Of a DNA stretch of 62,087 nt, positions 9,560 to 18,963 are shown piece by piece. The translations under genes were made by a program, and so were the position numbers. How positions within the stretch are numbered: position 1 is the stretch's first letter; every line of letters begins with the position of its first letter. The notes under the pieces were generated by a model. It ran no database searches, was not told where the DNA came from, and saw only the letters and a program-made list of their open reading frames with translations. Origin of the DNA: Candidatus Yanofskybacteria bacterium (GTDB lineage Bacteria > Patescibacteriota > Minisyncoccia > 2-02-FULL-40-12 > GWA2-44-9); NCBI GenBank assembly GCA_020852375.1, contig JADZAY010000006.1, forward strand, positions 1-62,087. Reading direction: 5' to 3'.

Positions 9560-10126
9560 ATGTCCCTCGGTGTCAACGACCTCAAACCAAAGACGTATTT
9601 CATCTACGAAGACCAGCCGTATGTCGTACTGGAGACGCACCACCTGAAGATGCAGCAGCGGCGTCCGGTGGTGCAGACCCGCATGCGCAATCTCCTGAAC
9701 GGAAAGGTGCTCGAGCGCAACCTTGCGCAATCGGACTTTTTCGATGAGGCGGATGTGCAGCGCAAAAACGTGAAATTCCTCTACAACCACCGCGATCAGT
9801 ACTGGTTCGCTAACCCAAATGACCCGAGCAAGCGCTTCGAGCTCCCCCAGGAAACCATCGGCGATCAGGTTCGCTTCCTGAAGCCCAACACCATCCTCGA
9901 GGCCCTCTCATGGGACGAGAAGGTCATCAATGTATCGCTCCCCATCAAGATGGAGTTCGCGGTCACCGAGGCGCCCCCGGGTATCAAAGGCGACACCGCT
10001 ACCGGCGGCACCAAGCAGGTAGTCATCGATACCGGCGCGACCATCAATGCCCCGCTCTTTGTGAACGAGGGCGACACAATCATCATCAACACCGAAACCG
10101 GTGAGTACGTAGAGCGCGCGAAGTAA
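9560..10126 (+). CDS. efp: Elongation factor P
   Basis: VQTRMRNLLNG, PGIKGDTATGGTK, APLFVNEGD..NTETGEYVER. Confidence 0.95.
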   Translation: MSLGVNDLKPKTYFIYEDQPYVVLETHHLKMQQRRPVVQTRMRNLLNGKVLERNLAQSDFFDEADVQRKNVKFLYNHRDQYWFANPNDPSKRFELPQETIGDQVRFLKPNTILEALSWDEKVINVSLPIKMEFAVTEAPPGIKGDTATGGTKQVVIDTGATINAPLFVNEGDTIIINTETGEYVERAK

Positions 10127-10155
10127 TTCCCTCCTCAGACAGAACAACGCCGAGC

Positions 10156-10848
10156 TTACGCTCGGCGTTCTGTCGTCTCCGGCTCAGTGAGCACCAGGTC
10201 CACGAGGTCCTCTTCGGTTTCGCATGCGCATATCCGGTGCATCACTACCTGCTCGACAAGCCGAGCATCAAATTCACCCGCACTTGCTGCGCTCGCGATG
10301 GCCCTCGGATGAAGCCCCTCCGCAATCGCATTGTGAATGCTGATTGCATGCCGCACCCGTTCGATTTGCCACAAAAATCGAATAAGTCCACCGGACGGGG
10401 CGCTCTCAAGACTCGGGGAAAACATGCGAGGCAACACTCCGACCATCTGTAGTCGATGTCGAACCTCGTGAGCCGCAACTGCAATCAGGAATTCACGAAT
10501 CCTTGGGTGGGCAACCCCCGCAGGAACTATCTGCAGATTCCCCGTTGCTCGAGAGATGAAGAATTGCGTCTTCCGCACGTCCCGCCGTACACGCCGCACA
10601 ATAGCGTAAGCATGTACAATGTAGCGGTAGGTTCCATCAGTGAGCTGATGGCACTCTGCAAGAAAGTCCTCGGGCTCGTGCTGAATGATGATGGGCGCGT
10701 AGTCCTTCGCCCCGAAGATCTGCACATCAAACCATCTGATGTATTCCGTCAGTGTCAGCGCAAAGAGCGCGTCCACCCGAGGAACTCCCTCGTGCACGAG
10801 CTTTGGCGCTAGCTCGCGTTTGACCTCCCGAAACGAGCGACTCTCCAT
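10156..10848 (-). CDS. Hypothetical protein with HEXXH motif
   Basis: GGGAGG SD, and AAHEVRH suggests a zincin-like metal site. Confidence 0.6.
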   Translation of the reverse strand: MESRSFREVKRELAPKLVHEGVPRVDALFALTLTEYIRWFDVQIFGAKDYAPIIIQHEPEDFLAECHQLTDGTYRYIVHAYAIVRRVRRDVRKTQFFISRATGNLQIVPAGVAHPRIREFLIAVAAHEVRHRLQMVGVLPRMFSPSLESAPSGGLIRFLWQIERVRHAISIHNAIAEGLHPRAIASAASAGEFDARLVEQVVMHRICACETEEDLVDLVLTEPETTERRA

Positions 10849-10914
10849 GGACGCCTCCCGCGGTCAAAGAACGTTCAGAGAGCGTATCGAAAACCACGCG
10901 CGGAGACAAGCACA

Positions 10915-11418
10915 CTACTCCGTGTGCTCTCGCCGCAGGAGCGGGAGTATCGCCAGCGAGGCCGCTGGCCATGCCCATCGCGCAGAGGTGCCTGCAAAGA
11001 ATACATACCACCGTCCAACGATCGCTCGCGCAAACGGCTCATCGATGAACAGAAGACTCATGCTCACGAGGAGCCCAACTTGTACCAGAGAAATGGCCCC
11101 GACTTGCCACAGCGACAGCTCCCCCATACTGAGTCGCCCGTGGCGCACCGCAGATGACAGTATCAAAAAAGCAAGCACGTACGCTCCGAGAAAAAGTCCG
11201 GCATGCGCGTACAGCTGGAACCGTTCTGGTAGGCGGGCGCTAACGGCTTGCGAAAAGGGGAACAGGATCGCCAATGTGTAGGCGACATAGATCGAGAGCA
11301 GCGAGATCAGCGCACGGGTGCGCCCTACCGACATACCGTAAAGCACCAGCACCAAGACGACGAGTGCTGCGCCCAGCCCTCGAGGATCGCGAAGCGCTGC
11401 AAGAACTGCCGCTTCCAT
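10915..11418 (-). CDS. Multi-pass membrane protein
   Basis: About 5 hydrophobic helices, directly downstream of dnaJ. Confidence 0.7.
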   Translation of the reverse strand: MEAAVLAALRDPRGLGAALVVLVLVLYGMSVGRTRALISLLSIYVAYTLAILFPFSQAVSARLPERFQLYAHAGLFLGAYVLAFLILSSAVRHGRLSMGELSLWQVGAISLVQVGLLVSMSLLFIDEPFARAIVGRWYVFFAGTSARWAWPAASLAILPLLRREHTE

Positions 11419-11433
11419 ACCCCCAGTATACTC

Positions 11434-12204
11434 TTATTTTGCCTGGAGAGTGATCAGGAGATCGCCCGGCGGCGTACCCTGCTGACCGGCATTCCCCGCC
11501 TTCGGAAACGCGATATGGTACTGGTCCTCGATGCGCTCCGGAATATGGAGCTCGAGCGTCCGCTTTCCTTTGACGCGTCCCGCACCACCGCACTCCTTGC
11601 AAACATGTTGAGGGACTTGCCCGTCGCCGCCGCACTCCGGACATACCGTCACCTGAGCGAATGTACCGAAGGGGGTTCGTACTGCCTGTCGCACTCTCCC
11701 CTGCCCCTTGCATTGACCGCACTCCTTGAGCTTGCCTCCCTGCGCACCGGAGCCGGAACACGTTTTGCACGACACGAACGCATCGAACTCATACACCTTC
11801 TTCTTTCCAAAATCCTTCGCGTGCAGGGTCACCCGAAGTTGAAGGTCTTCCCCTTTCTCCGGCTTCGCGCGGCGGCCCGGCATGCCGCCCCCAAACATAT
11901 CGAAAATATTCTCGAATCCCCCGCCCATGCCTCCAAAATCAAAATCCTGGAACCCTCCGGCTCCCCCGAATCCACCCGCACCAAAGCCGGTCGGCCCCTC
12001 TGCCGATCCAAATCGATCGTACCGCGCTCGCTTCTCGGGATCCGAAAGCACCTGGTAGGCCTCATTGACCTCCTTGAATTTCGCTTCATCCCCACCCTTT
12101 TTGTCAGGATGATACTGGTGCGCAAGCTTCCGGTACGCTTTTTTCACCTCATCCGCAGAGGCGTTCCGGGAAACTCCAAGCGTTGTATAGGGGTCTGCGG
12201 GCAT
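11434..12204 (-). CDS. dnaJ: DnaJ, C-terminally shortened
   Basis: J domain with HPD, G/F region, four CxxCxGxG repeats. Ends after [12 protein letters not shown]. Confidence 0.92.
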   Translation of the reverse strand: MPADPYTTLGVSRNASADEVKKAYRKLAHQYHPDKKGGDEAKFKEVNEAYQVLSDPEKRARYDRFGSAEGPTGFGAGGFGGAGGFQDFDFGGMGGGFENIFDMFGGGMPGRRAKPEKGEDLQLRVTLHAKDFGKKKVYEFDAFVSCKTCSGSGAQGGKLKECGQCKGQGRVRQAVRTPFGTFAQVTVCPECGGDGQVPQHVCKECGGAGRVKGKRTLELHIPERIEDQYHIAFPKAGNAGQQGTPPGDLLITLQAK

Positions 12205-12251
12205 TCTTGACTATTTCGGAATTTAGTATACCATGCTTCCGGAGGTCCCAA

Positions 12252-12428
12252 ATGATATTTTGGCAGGGCGTAAAAGCATTCCTGTGTGGAGTTGTGGCTG
12301 AATACCTCACAATCCACATCCTTCTGCGAGACGCGGGCCTAGCCGTCCTCGGATCCGGGGCGCACGCCGTGTTGCTCATCGGATTTGGTGTCGCGGGCAT
12401 CTTCGGCGCCTGGGTCGCCAGAAACTGA
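12252..12428 (+). CDS. Small 2-TM protein (58 aa)
   Basis: GGAGG at 12241-12245, TTGACT-16-TACCAT upstream, terminator downstream. Confidence 0.55.
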   Translation: MIFWQGVKAFLCGVVAEYLTIHILLRDAGLAVLGSGAHAVLLIGFGVAGIFGAWVARN

Positions 12429-12448
12429 GCACGCAGTTCACCTCCCCG

Positions 12449-12471
12449 CCCGCCTGCACTGGCGGGTTTTT
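12449..12471 (+). terminator. Intrinsic terminator
   Basis: CCCGCC-TGCACT-GGCGGG followed by T5. Confidence 0.7.
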
Positions 12472-12472
12472 C

Positions 12473-13273
12473 TTACAGTGAAAGCACCTCGGCTTTCACA
12501 TCGCGCTCCTCCACACGGACGAACTTCACCGCTTTGAGCAGTGCGAACAGTCCTACTCCAACCCAGATCGCAGCCTCCCGATAGATGAACGACACCGACC
12601 ACAGCGCGAGGAACAACGCAAAGGCGAGTATCGGTGGAACCAGCGGTCCCAACGGACCCAGTACGCCCTTTACCCAGTCGTCAACGAACCGCGCGAGATC
12701 TCGCTTCACTTGCACCTGCATACCGCTGGGCAACTGCGACAGCTGCTGTTGGACGAGCGGCTGATCGTAGGTGCTCTCCAGCGAACTCTGCAATCCCTTG
12801 CTCACCACGCGGAAATCGGCGGTCCGGCTCGACGGGAGCAGGTAGAACCCCAGCGACGCCATCAGGAACGCTCCGAGCAGAATGAATTTCGCGCCCTGCC
12901 CGAGCGTTGCGTTCACCCGCAACTTGCGCCGATCCACCATATCCCCTTGGATGCGGCGGGATGCCTCATACCAAAAGAACAGAAGCACCGGCAATGCTGA
13001 AAGGTACCAGATGTCCGGCTTCCAAAACACAATGAACGTCGCCCACGAGGCCAGCATCGACGCCAAACGCTCCAGGGGCCGGTCCAGCAGCATCCAGGCG
13101 ATCGCAGCAACCGCCGCGAACAGCACGACCGCCAGTGACGGCACCAGCGCAGCCTCCCAGCTGGAGAACCGCGCAGGACCCTCAAGCCACGACCGCGCAG
13201 CTGCCCAGGTCAGCGTTGCGCAGAGCGCTACGGCGACGATCAGCCCGATACGCTTGTAGTCGATGGCTTTCAT
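12473..13273 (-). CDS. Multi-pass membrane protein
   Basis: About 6 hydrophobic helices, follows dnaK. Confidence 0.75.
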   Translation of the reverse strand: MKAIDYKRIGLIVAVALCATLTWAAARSWLEGPARFSSWEAALVPSLAVVLFAAVAAIAWMLLDRPLERLASMLASWATFIVFWKPDIWYLSALPVLLFFWYEASRRIQGDMVDRRKLRVNATLGQGAKFILLGAFLMASLGFYLLPSSRTADFRVVSKGLQSSLESTYDQPLVQQQLSQLPSGMQVQVKRDLARFVDDWVKGVLGPLGPLVPPILAFALFLALWSVSFIYREAAIWVGVGLFALLKAVKFVRVEERDVKAEVLSL

Positions 13274-13296
13274 GCTGTCATGGTACCACAGACGGC

Positions 13297-15165
13297 CTAC
13301 TTCTGCTCCTCCGGCTTCACTTCCTCGGCTGCCTGCGCCTCCGGGGCTTTTTCATTCGCCGCCGACTGCTGGTAGAGACTTCCGCCAACCTTCTGTGCCG
13401 CCTGTCCCAGTGTATCTCCCGCCGCCTTGATCGCGCTAAGATCCCCGCCCTGGAGCGCCGTCTTCAGCGCGGCGATCTTCTCTTCGAGTTCCTTTTTGTC
13501 GTTCTCGGCGATCTTGTCCTTGTTGTCAGCAATCATCTTCTCGGTCGTCCAGACGAGCGTTTCGGCGGCGTTCTTCGCCTCGACCGCTTCTTTCTTCTTC
13601 GCATCTTCCGCGGCATGCTCCTGGGCCTCCCGCACCATGCGCTCCTTCTCCTCTTTCGAAAGCCCGCCCGAGCCTTCAATGCGGATCGAGTGCTCCTTGC
13701 CGGTGCCCTTGTCGCGTGCCTTCACATGCAGGATGCCGTTCGCATCGATGTCGAAGGTGACTTCGATCTGCGGAACGCCGCGCGGTGCAGGCGGAATACC
13801 ATCGAGATTGAACTCGCCGAGGAACTTGTTATCCCCGAACATTGGCCGCTCACCCTGCGCGACGCGGATCTGCACCGACGGCTGATTATCGGCTGCTGTG
13901 CTGAAGGTCTGCGACTTGCTGGCCGGAATGGTCGTGTTCTTCTCGATCATCGGCGTCATCACGCTTCCCAGCGTTTCGATGCCGAGCGTCAACGGCGTCA
14001 CATCGAGCAGGAGCACATCCCGCACATCGCCCTGCATGATACCGCCCTGGATCGCCGCACCGATGGCGACTACTTCGTCCGGATTGATATCGCGATGCGG
14101 GTCCTTCCCGAACAGCTGCTTCACCGCCTCAACGATCGCGGGCATGCGCGTCTGTCCGCCGACCATGACCACTTCGTCGATATCGGAGAGCCGGAACCCG
14201 GCATCTTTGACTGCCTGCCGCGTAAGTTCGATCGAGCGGTCGATGAGGTCCTTGGTAAGCGCTTCGAGCTTGGCGCGCGTGAAGGTGAGCGTGAAGTGCT
14301 TCGGACCAGCCGCGTCAGCGGTCAGGAACGGAATGTTCACATCCGTCTGGGCCGTGCTCGACAATTCGTGCTTCACCTTCTCGGCGGCATCTTTCAACCG
14401 CTGAAGCGCAAGCTGGTCTTTGCTCACATCAACGCCCTGGTCTTTCTTAAACTCCTCGGCAAAGTGTGCAATGATGCGCTGGTCGATGTCGTCGCCGCCC
14501 AGATGCGTGTCGCCACCCGTGGCGCGTACTTCGATGGTGTCCTGCGACACCTCGAGTACCGAGATATCGAAGGTCCCGCCTCCGAAGTCGTACACTACGA
14601 TCTGCTCGTCTTTTTTCTTGTTGAATCCGTACGCGAGCGCCGCCGCCGTCGGTTCGTTGATGACGCGCTTTACCGTCAGCCCCGCGATCTCACCCGCGTC
14701 TTTGGTCGCCTGCCGCTGGGCGTCGTCGAAGTAGGCGGGTACGGTCACAATGGCCTCCGTGATGGTCGTCCCGAGCTTCGCTTCCGCATCCGCTTTCAGC
14801 TTCTGCAGAACCATCGCCGAGATCTCGGCGGGCTTATACCACTTGTCGCCCATCTTCACTTCGACCGAATCGCCAGAGCCCTGGCGGATCTCATACGGCA
14901 ACAACTTCCTATCGCGCTGAACTTCCGGATCGCTGAACCGGCGCCCGATGAGGCGCTTCACCGAGAAGAGCGTATTAGCCGGGTTCGTGACCGCCTGGCG
15001 TTTTGCGGTCACCCCAACGTATCGCTCGCCCGTCTTTCCGATCGCCACCACGGACGGCGTCGTGCGAACTCCTTCGGAGTTCTCAAGCACGCGCGGAGTT
15101 CCCCCATCGACGACCGCCATGCAGGAGTTCGTCGTCCCCAAATCGATACCAAGAATTTTGCTCAT
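13297..15165 (-). CDS. dnaK: Chaperone DnaK
   Basis: [32 protein letters not shown]. Confidence 0.99.
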   Translation of the reverse strand: MSKILGIDLGTTNSCMAVVDGGTPRVLENSEGVRTTPSVVAIGKTGERYVGVTAKRQAVTNPANTLFSVKRLIGRRFSDPEVQRDRKLLPYEIRQGSGDSVEVKMGDKWYKPAEISAMVLQKLKADAEAKLGTTITEAIVTVPAYFDDAQRQATKDAGEIAGLTVKRVINEPTAAALAYGFNKKKDEQIVVYDFGGGTFDISVLEVSQDTIEVRATGGDTHLGGDDIDQRIIAHFAEEFKKDQGVDVSKDQLALQRLKDAAEKVKHELSSTAQTDVNIPFLTADAAGPKHFTLTFTRAKLEALTKDLIDRSIELTRQAVKDAGFRLSDIDEVVMVGGQTRMPAIVEAVKQLFGKDPHRDINPDEVVAIGAAIQGGIMQGDVRDVLLLDVTPLTLGIETLGSVMTPMIEKNTTIPASKSQTFSTAADNQPSVQIRVAQGERPMFGDNKFLGEFNLDGIPPAPRGVPQIEVTFDIDANGILHVKARDKGTGKEHSIRIEGSGGLSKEEKERMVREAQEHAAEDAKKKEAVEAKNAAETLVWTTEKMIADNKDKIAENDKKELEEKIAALKTALQGGDLSAIKAAGDTLGQAAQKVGGSLYQQSAANEKAPEAQAAEEVKPEEQK

Positions 15166-15236
15166 AGTGTTCGTGTGTTATTCGTCCCTCGATCCCGGTC
15201 CGGACCGTTTCCGGACCAGTGCAGAGGGACCAATGA

Positions 15237-15659
15237 TTACCTAACCTCAACTTCGATCGTCTTCGGCTTCGCCTGCTCGATCTTCGGCAGCACCACTTTC
15301 AGGACGCCATGCTCGAACGACGCCTTCGCTTCGCCCTCTTTGACCGACACCGGCAAAGAAAGCATGCGCGTGAAGTGCCCGCGACGGATCTCCCGGCGGA
15401 AATACTCTTTGCTCTTCTCTTCCTTCTCCTCGGAAGCCCCGCCTTCGACCTTCAGGACGCCGTCCTCGACGGTCACTTTGATATCCTTCGGGTCCAGCTT
15501 CGGAACTTGTAGCTCAACGACCAGATCGTGCTCGGTCTGATACACATCCATCGCAGGCTCCATCGACCGCTTCATTGCGGGGATGAACCCGAACGACGGG
15601 AACTCTTCATCGAAGAATCGCTCGATCTCATGGAATGGGTCACGTCGAATGATTGGCAT
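15237..15659 (-). CDS. Hsp20/alpha-crystallin small heat shock protein
   Basis: PAMDVYQT, EIRRGHFTRMLSLP, ASFEHGVLKVVLPK. Confidence 0.93.
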   Translation of the reverse strand: MPIIRRDPFHEIERFFDEEFPSFGFIPAMKRSMEPAMDVYQTEHDLVVELQVPKLDPKDIKVTVEDGVLKVEGGASEEKEEKSKEYFRREIRRGHFTRMLSLPVSVKEGEAKASFEHGVLKVVLPKIEQAKPKTIEVEVR

Positions 15660-15681
15660 GGTAGTGATGTGATACTGATTG

Positions 15682-16152
15682 TTACTCGTAGATAATGACG
15701 CGCGCCGGGCGGATGACGCGGCCATGGAGCATGTACCCCGCGCGCACCTCGTTCGTCACGGTGTGGCTCGGACCGCCCGCGATCATGGAGACGGCTTCCA
15801 TGGTCGCTGGGTCGAATAGTTGCTGCGCCGTCGGAATGCGTTCGACCCCGAACTTCTTCAGTGTTGCAAGGAACTGGGCCTGAATGTGCTGGAGACCGGC
15901 GAACCACTCGCGCTGCTCCAGCACGACCGGCGGCGAGAGTGCGATGGCTTGTTCAAGATGATCCAGGACATCGACCATCTCCCGAACCACGGAGGTTGCG
16001 CCGAATCGCGCCACCTCGCCAAGCTCTTGTTCCATACGCTTTCGATAGTTTTCAAAGTCTGCTGCAAGCCGAACGTATTGCTCTTTCGGAACCGTTTCGA
16101 CCGACTGTTCAGTCGCCTGCGGTTCGGTATTCTGTGGTGTCGTATCGTCCAT
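15682..16152 (-). CDS. grpE: Nucleotide exchange factor GrpE
   Basis: RLAADFENYRKR, FDPATMEAV, GYMLHGRVIRPARV. Confidence 0.96.
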   Translation of the reverse strand: MDDTTPQNTEPQATEQSVETVPKEQYVRLAADFENYRKRMEQELGEVARFGATSVVREMVDVLDHLEQAIALSPPVVLEQREWFAGLQHIQAQFLATLKKFGVERIPTAQQLFDPATMEAVSMIAGGPSHTVTNEVRAGYMLHGRVIRPARVIIYE

Positions 16153-16161
16153 AGGAATGGT

Positions 16162-16944
16162 TTATGTGCGTGATATACGGTGGGCCGCCTGGGCGACATA
16201 CGTCATCAGCCCGATATTGCGCCGATAGTCCATGCGCATCGGACCGACCAGCGTGAGCGTCCCTTCGTGCCCCTCCGGAAGGCGGTATCGGGCACAGATC
16301 ATGGTCTCGTCTTTGATACGATCGTCCGTGTTCTCGGAGCCGATCAATACGCGCACATCCCCGCCATCGGACTGCCGCGCGGACGCGGTCGGGTACGCAG
16401 GTCCGAACGCGCGTCGCATGAGCGAATCAGCCATCGCATCGAATTGGTCGAAGAACTCCGCAAGTCCAGCGAAGCGCCCGATCTCCCGGAACTCCGGGAA
16501 TGCAGCGAGATTCGAGATCCCGAATTTGTACGCCTCTTCCCGCTCACTCATCGATGCCATGACCAATGCCCCCGACAGCTGCCCCACCACCCGCGCGAGC
16601 GCCTTGTTCACCTGCTCCGGGTCGCGCACGTCGATCGCCGCAAGCGCCTCGTCGATGCGGCGCCGGTGTGCGTGGCTGATGGAAACACCCTCGGTCGCAA
16701 GCAGCTGATTCACATACAGCCGATACGCCTTCGCGGTCGGCACACGCCCCCCGGATGTGTGCAGCTGCTGGAGATAACCACCGTCCTCGAGGTCGGCCAT
16801 TTCGTTGCGAATGGTCGCTGAGCGAACATCAAAGTAGCCGCTCTGCGCGATGGCCTTGCTCGAGACCGGTTCGGCGGTCTGGATGTATTCCTCGATGACC
16901 TTCGCGACCAGCTGATGCTGCCGCGGTGTTAGCAATCCATTCAT
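16162..16944 (-). CDS. hrcA: Heat-inducible transcription repressor HrcA (compact)
   Basis: EYIQTAEPVSS, SATIRNEMADLE, HTSGGRVPT, GPMRMDY. Confidence 0.95.
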   Translation of the reverse strand: MNGLLTPRQHQLVAKVIEEYIQTAEPVSSKAIAQSGYFDVRSATIRNEMADLEDGGYLQQLHTSGGRVPTAKAYRLYVNQLLATEGVSISHAHRRRIDEALAAIDVRDPEQVNKALARVVGQLSGALVMASMSEREEAYKFGISNLAAFPEFREIGRFAGLAEFFDQFDAMADSLMRRAFGPAYPTASARQSDGGDVRVLIGSENTDDRIKDETMICARYRLPEGHEGTLTLVGPMRMDYRRNIGLMTYVAQAAHRISRT

Positions 16945-16953
16945 GACAGTGCC

Positions 16954-16991
16954 AGTATAGAAAACTGGCACTCTAGCGTCAAGAGTGCTAA
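16954..16991 (-). promoter_or_regulatory. CIRCE operator overlapping the hrcA promoter
   Basis: On the minus strand TTAGCACTC-N9-GAGTGCCAG (16991-16965). The -35 TTGACG lies inside the spacer, 17 nt from the -10 TATACT (16959-16954). Confidence 0.93.
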
Positions 16992-17000
16992 TTATCCACA
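16992..17000 (+). promoter_or_regulatory. Perfect DnaA-box sequence
   Basis: TTATCCACA immediately abuts CIRCE. Confidence 0.45.
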
Positions 17001-17060
17001 CCGGCATAGCCGCTAATTGACATATTCTTTATATTATGTACGATAAATCCGGAGGTGCAC

Positions 17061-17654
17061 ATGGAGCGCGAATGGCAGTTGCCGCCGACCGTGGACCGCA
17101 TGGAGGTCAACGCGGCGCTTACCGTCCTCACAGAGCGGTTCGATGCGGACGCGGCTCGCTTGGTGATCACGGCATTCCAGAGTCTTCCCGCCGACACTCA
17201 GTGGCGCCCCTGGACGACACACCACTCAGAACCGCGAACGACCATCGGCGGCGAAACTCGGGAACACGGCACCGTGGAAATCAGTGAGACCTCGCCGCAA
17301 ACACGGACCGTCGGTGGTCAACGAATGAATGCGCGCCTTGGTTCATTCCGCGTTTTCCGTATCCAGCGACCGGGTTGCTACCCGAGTATATGGTTCCGCC
17401 CGTTCTGGGAAAGTGGTCCGAGCTTCTCTACCCACGCACTCCCGGATGAGTTTCAGCTCATCTACGACACGAAGCGGCGGGTGCCAATTGAACTCGACCG
17501 CTACGAATGGCAGCTGGGCGCCACATCGCTGTGGGATCGCATACAGTATGCCTTCCAGTTCCGAATGCTCAAGGCGTTCTGGATTCCTATCATCACGCGA
17601 CTTCGCGCGCACGCAGAAACGATGTACGCCGCGAAGGAATATGAGAATGATTAA
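17061..17654 (+). CDS. Hypothetical protein
   Basis: TTGACA-16-TACGAT promoter, GGAGGT SD, hairpin plus T-run after the stop. Confidence 0.6.
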   Translation: MEREWQLPPTVDRMEVNAALTVLTERFDADAARLVITAFQSLPADTQWRPWTTHHSEPRTTIGGETREHGTVEISETSPQTRTVGGQRMNARLGSFRVFRIQRPGCYPSIWFRPFWESGPSFSTHALPDEFQLIYDTKRRVPIELDRYEWQLGATSLWDRIQYAFQFRMLKAFWIPIITRLRAHAETMYAAKEYEND

Positions 17655-17704
17655 CCCCCGCACCGCGGGGGATTTTTTTCGCGCAGTACGGTATACTGGA
17701 CGAG

Positions 17705-18958
17705 ATGAAGAATCGCCTTCTCCGCTTCTGGCGCGCCCTCGGACCCGGCATTATCACCGGCGCAGCAGATAACGACCCGTCCGGCATCACCACCTACTCC
17801 ATCGCCGGTGCACGATTCGGCACCGCGCCGCTGTGGATACTGTTGTATATACTGCCGTTCATGATCGCTATCCAGAATATGTGCGCCCGCATCGGGGCGC
17901 TCTCGGGCTGTGGCCTCGCCGGAAATATTCGCCGCCACTACCCCGCCGCTATGCTTGCCGTTGTCGCCACCGCATTGGTCGCCGCAAATGTGTTCAATGT
18001 CGGCGCTGACATCTATGGCATGGCAGGAGCACTCAACCTGATCATCCCGCTCGATATCCGCGTCCTCGGTGTCGTAATGGCGATAGCGATCATGGTGCTG
18101 GTCATCGCACTCCGGTATCGACAGATCGAAAGCATTTTCCGGTGGTTCGCCCTTTCGTTGTTCGTCTACGGCCTCGCGCTGTTCTTGGTAAGCCCGGACT
18201 GGGTGCGCATTCTCCGCTCCCTCCTGATCCCGGTATGGACCAACGGCAGCACCTTCTTCCTTACACTCTTCGCGATGCTCGGTACAACGATCTCCCCGTA
18301 TCTGTTCTTTTGGCAGGCGTCCCAGGAAGCGGAAGATGTCCGCCAAGATCACCCCGCGATTCGTGTCTGCAAGTTCCGTGCAGTTCGTCCGGGCGTTCTG
18401 CATCAGATCGAACTTGATACTCGCATCGGCATGATCGCCTCGAACCTCGTGTCGTTCTTCATCGTATCGCTGACCGCTTCCACGATCTTTGCCGCGGGCG
18501 TATCCGACATCAGCACCCTCCGGGATGCCGCCGCAGCGCTCCAACCGATCGCAGGCGAATACGCGTTTATCTTATTTGCGCTTGGGGTCGTCGGGTCAGG
18601 CCTCCTTGCGATCCCCGTTCTTGCCGGCTCTGCGGCATATGTTGTCGCTGAGTTCATGGGCTGGCCGGCATCATTGGATAAACCGTTCAACCGGGCTCGC
18701 CAGTTTTATTTGGTCATGGTCGGCGCCGTCGCCGTCGGGATGCTGATGCCGTTCATCGGCATCACGCCGGTTCAGGCACTGTACTGGTCAGCGATCCTCA
18801 ACGGTATGATCGCACCGCCCCTCATCATGCTCATCATCCACATGGCGAACAACCCGAACATCGTCGGCCCCCATCGAAGCAGCGCACCCGTCCATTACCT
18901 CGGAGTTGCCGCCATGATGCTCATGTTGACCGGGACTTTGTTCGTGGTATTTTCATAA
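17705..18958 (+). CDS. NRAMP-family divalent metal transporter
   Basis: GPGIITGAADNDPSGITTYS, GTTISPYLFFWQ, about 11 TM segments. Confidence 0.93.
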   Translation: MKNRLLRFWRALGPGIITGAADNDPSGITTYSIAGARFGTAPLWILLYILPFMIAIQNMCARIGALSGCGLAGNIRRHYPAAMLAVVATALVAANVFNVGADIYGMAGALNLIIPLDIRVLGVVMAIAIMVLVIALRYRQIESIFRWFALSLFVYGLALFLVSPDWVRILRSLLIPVWTNGSTFFLTLFAMLGTTISPYLFFWQASQEAEDVRQDHPAIRVCKFRAVRPGVLHQIELDTRIGMIASNLVSFFIVSLTASTIFAAGVSDISTLRDAAAALQPIAGEYAFILFALGVVGSGLLAIPVLAGSAAYVVAEFMGWPASLDKPFNRARQFYLVMVGAVAVGMLMPFIGITPVQALYWSAILNGMIAPPLIMLIIHMANNPNIVGPHRSSAPVHYLGVAAMMLMLTGTLFVVFS

Positions 18959-18963
18959 CTCGC

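Noticed and set aside
13135-15540. 801-aa plus-strand ORF
   Set aside because: It is the antisense shadow of dnaK and hsp20, a well-known artefact in GC-rich genomes.
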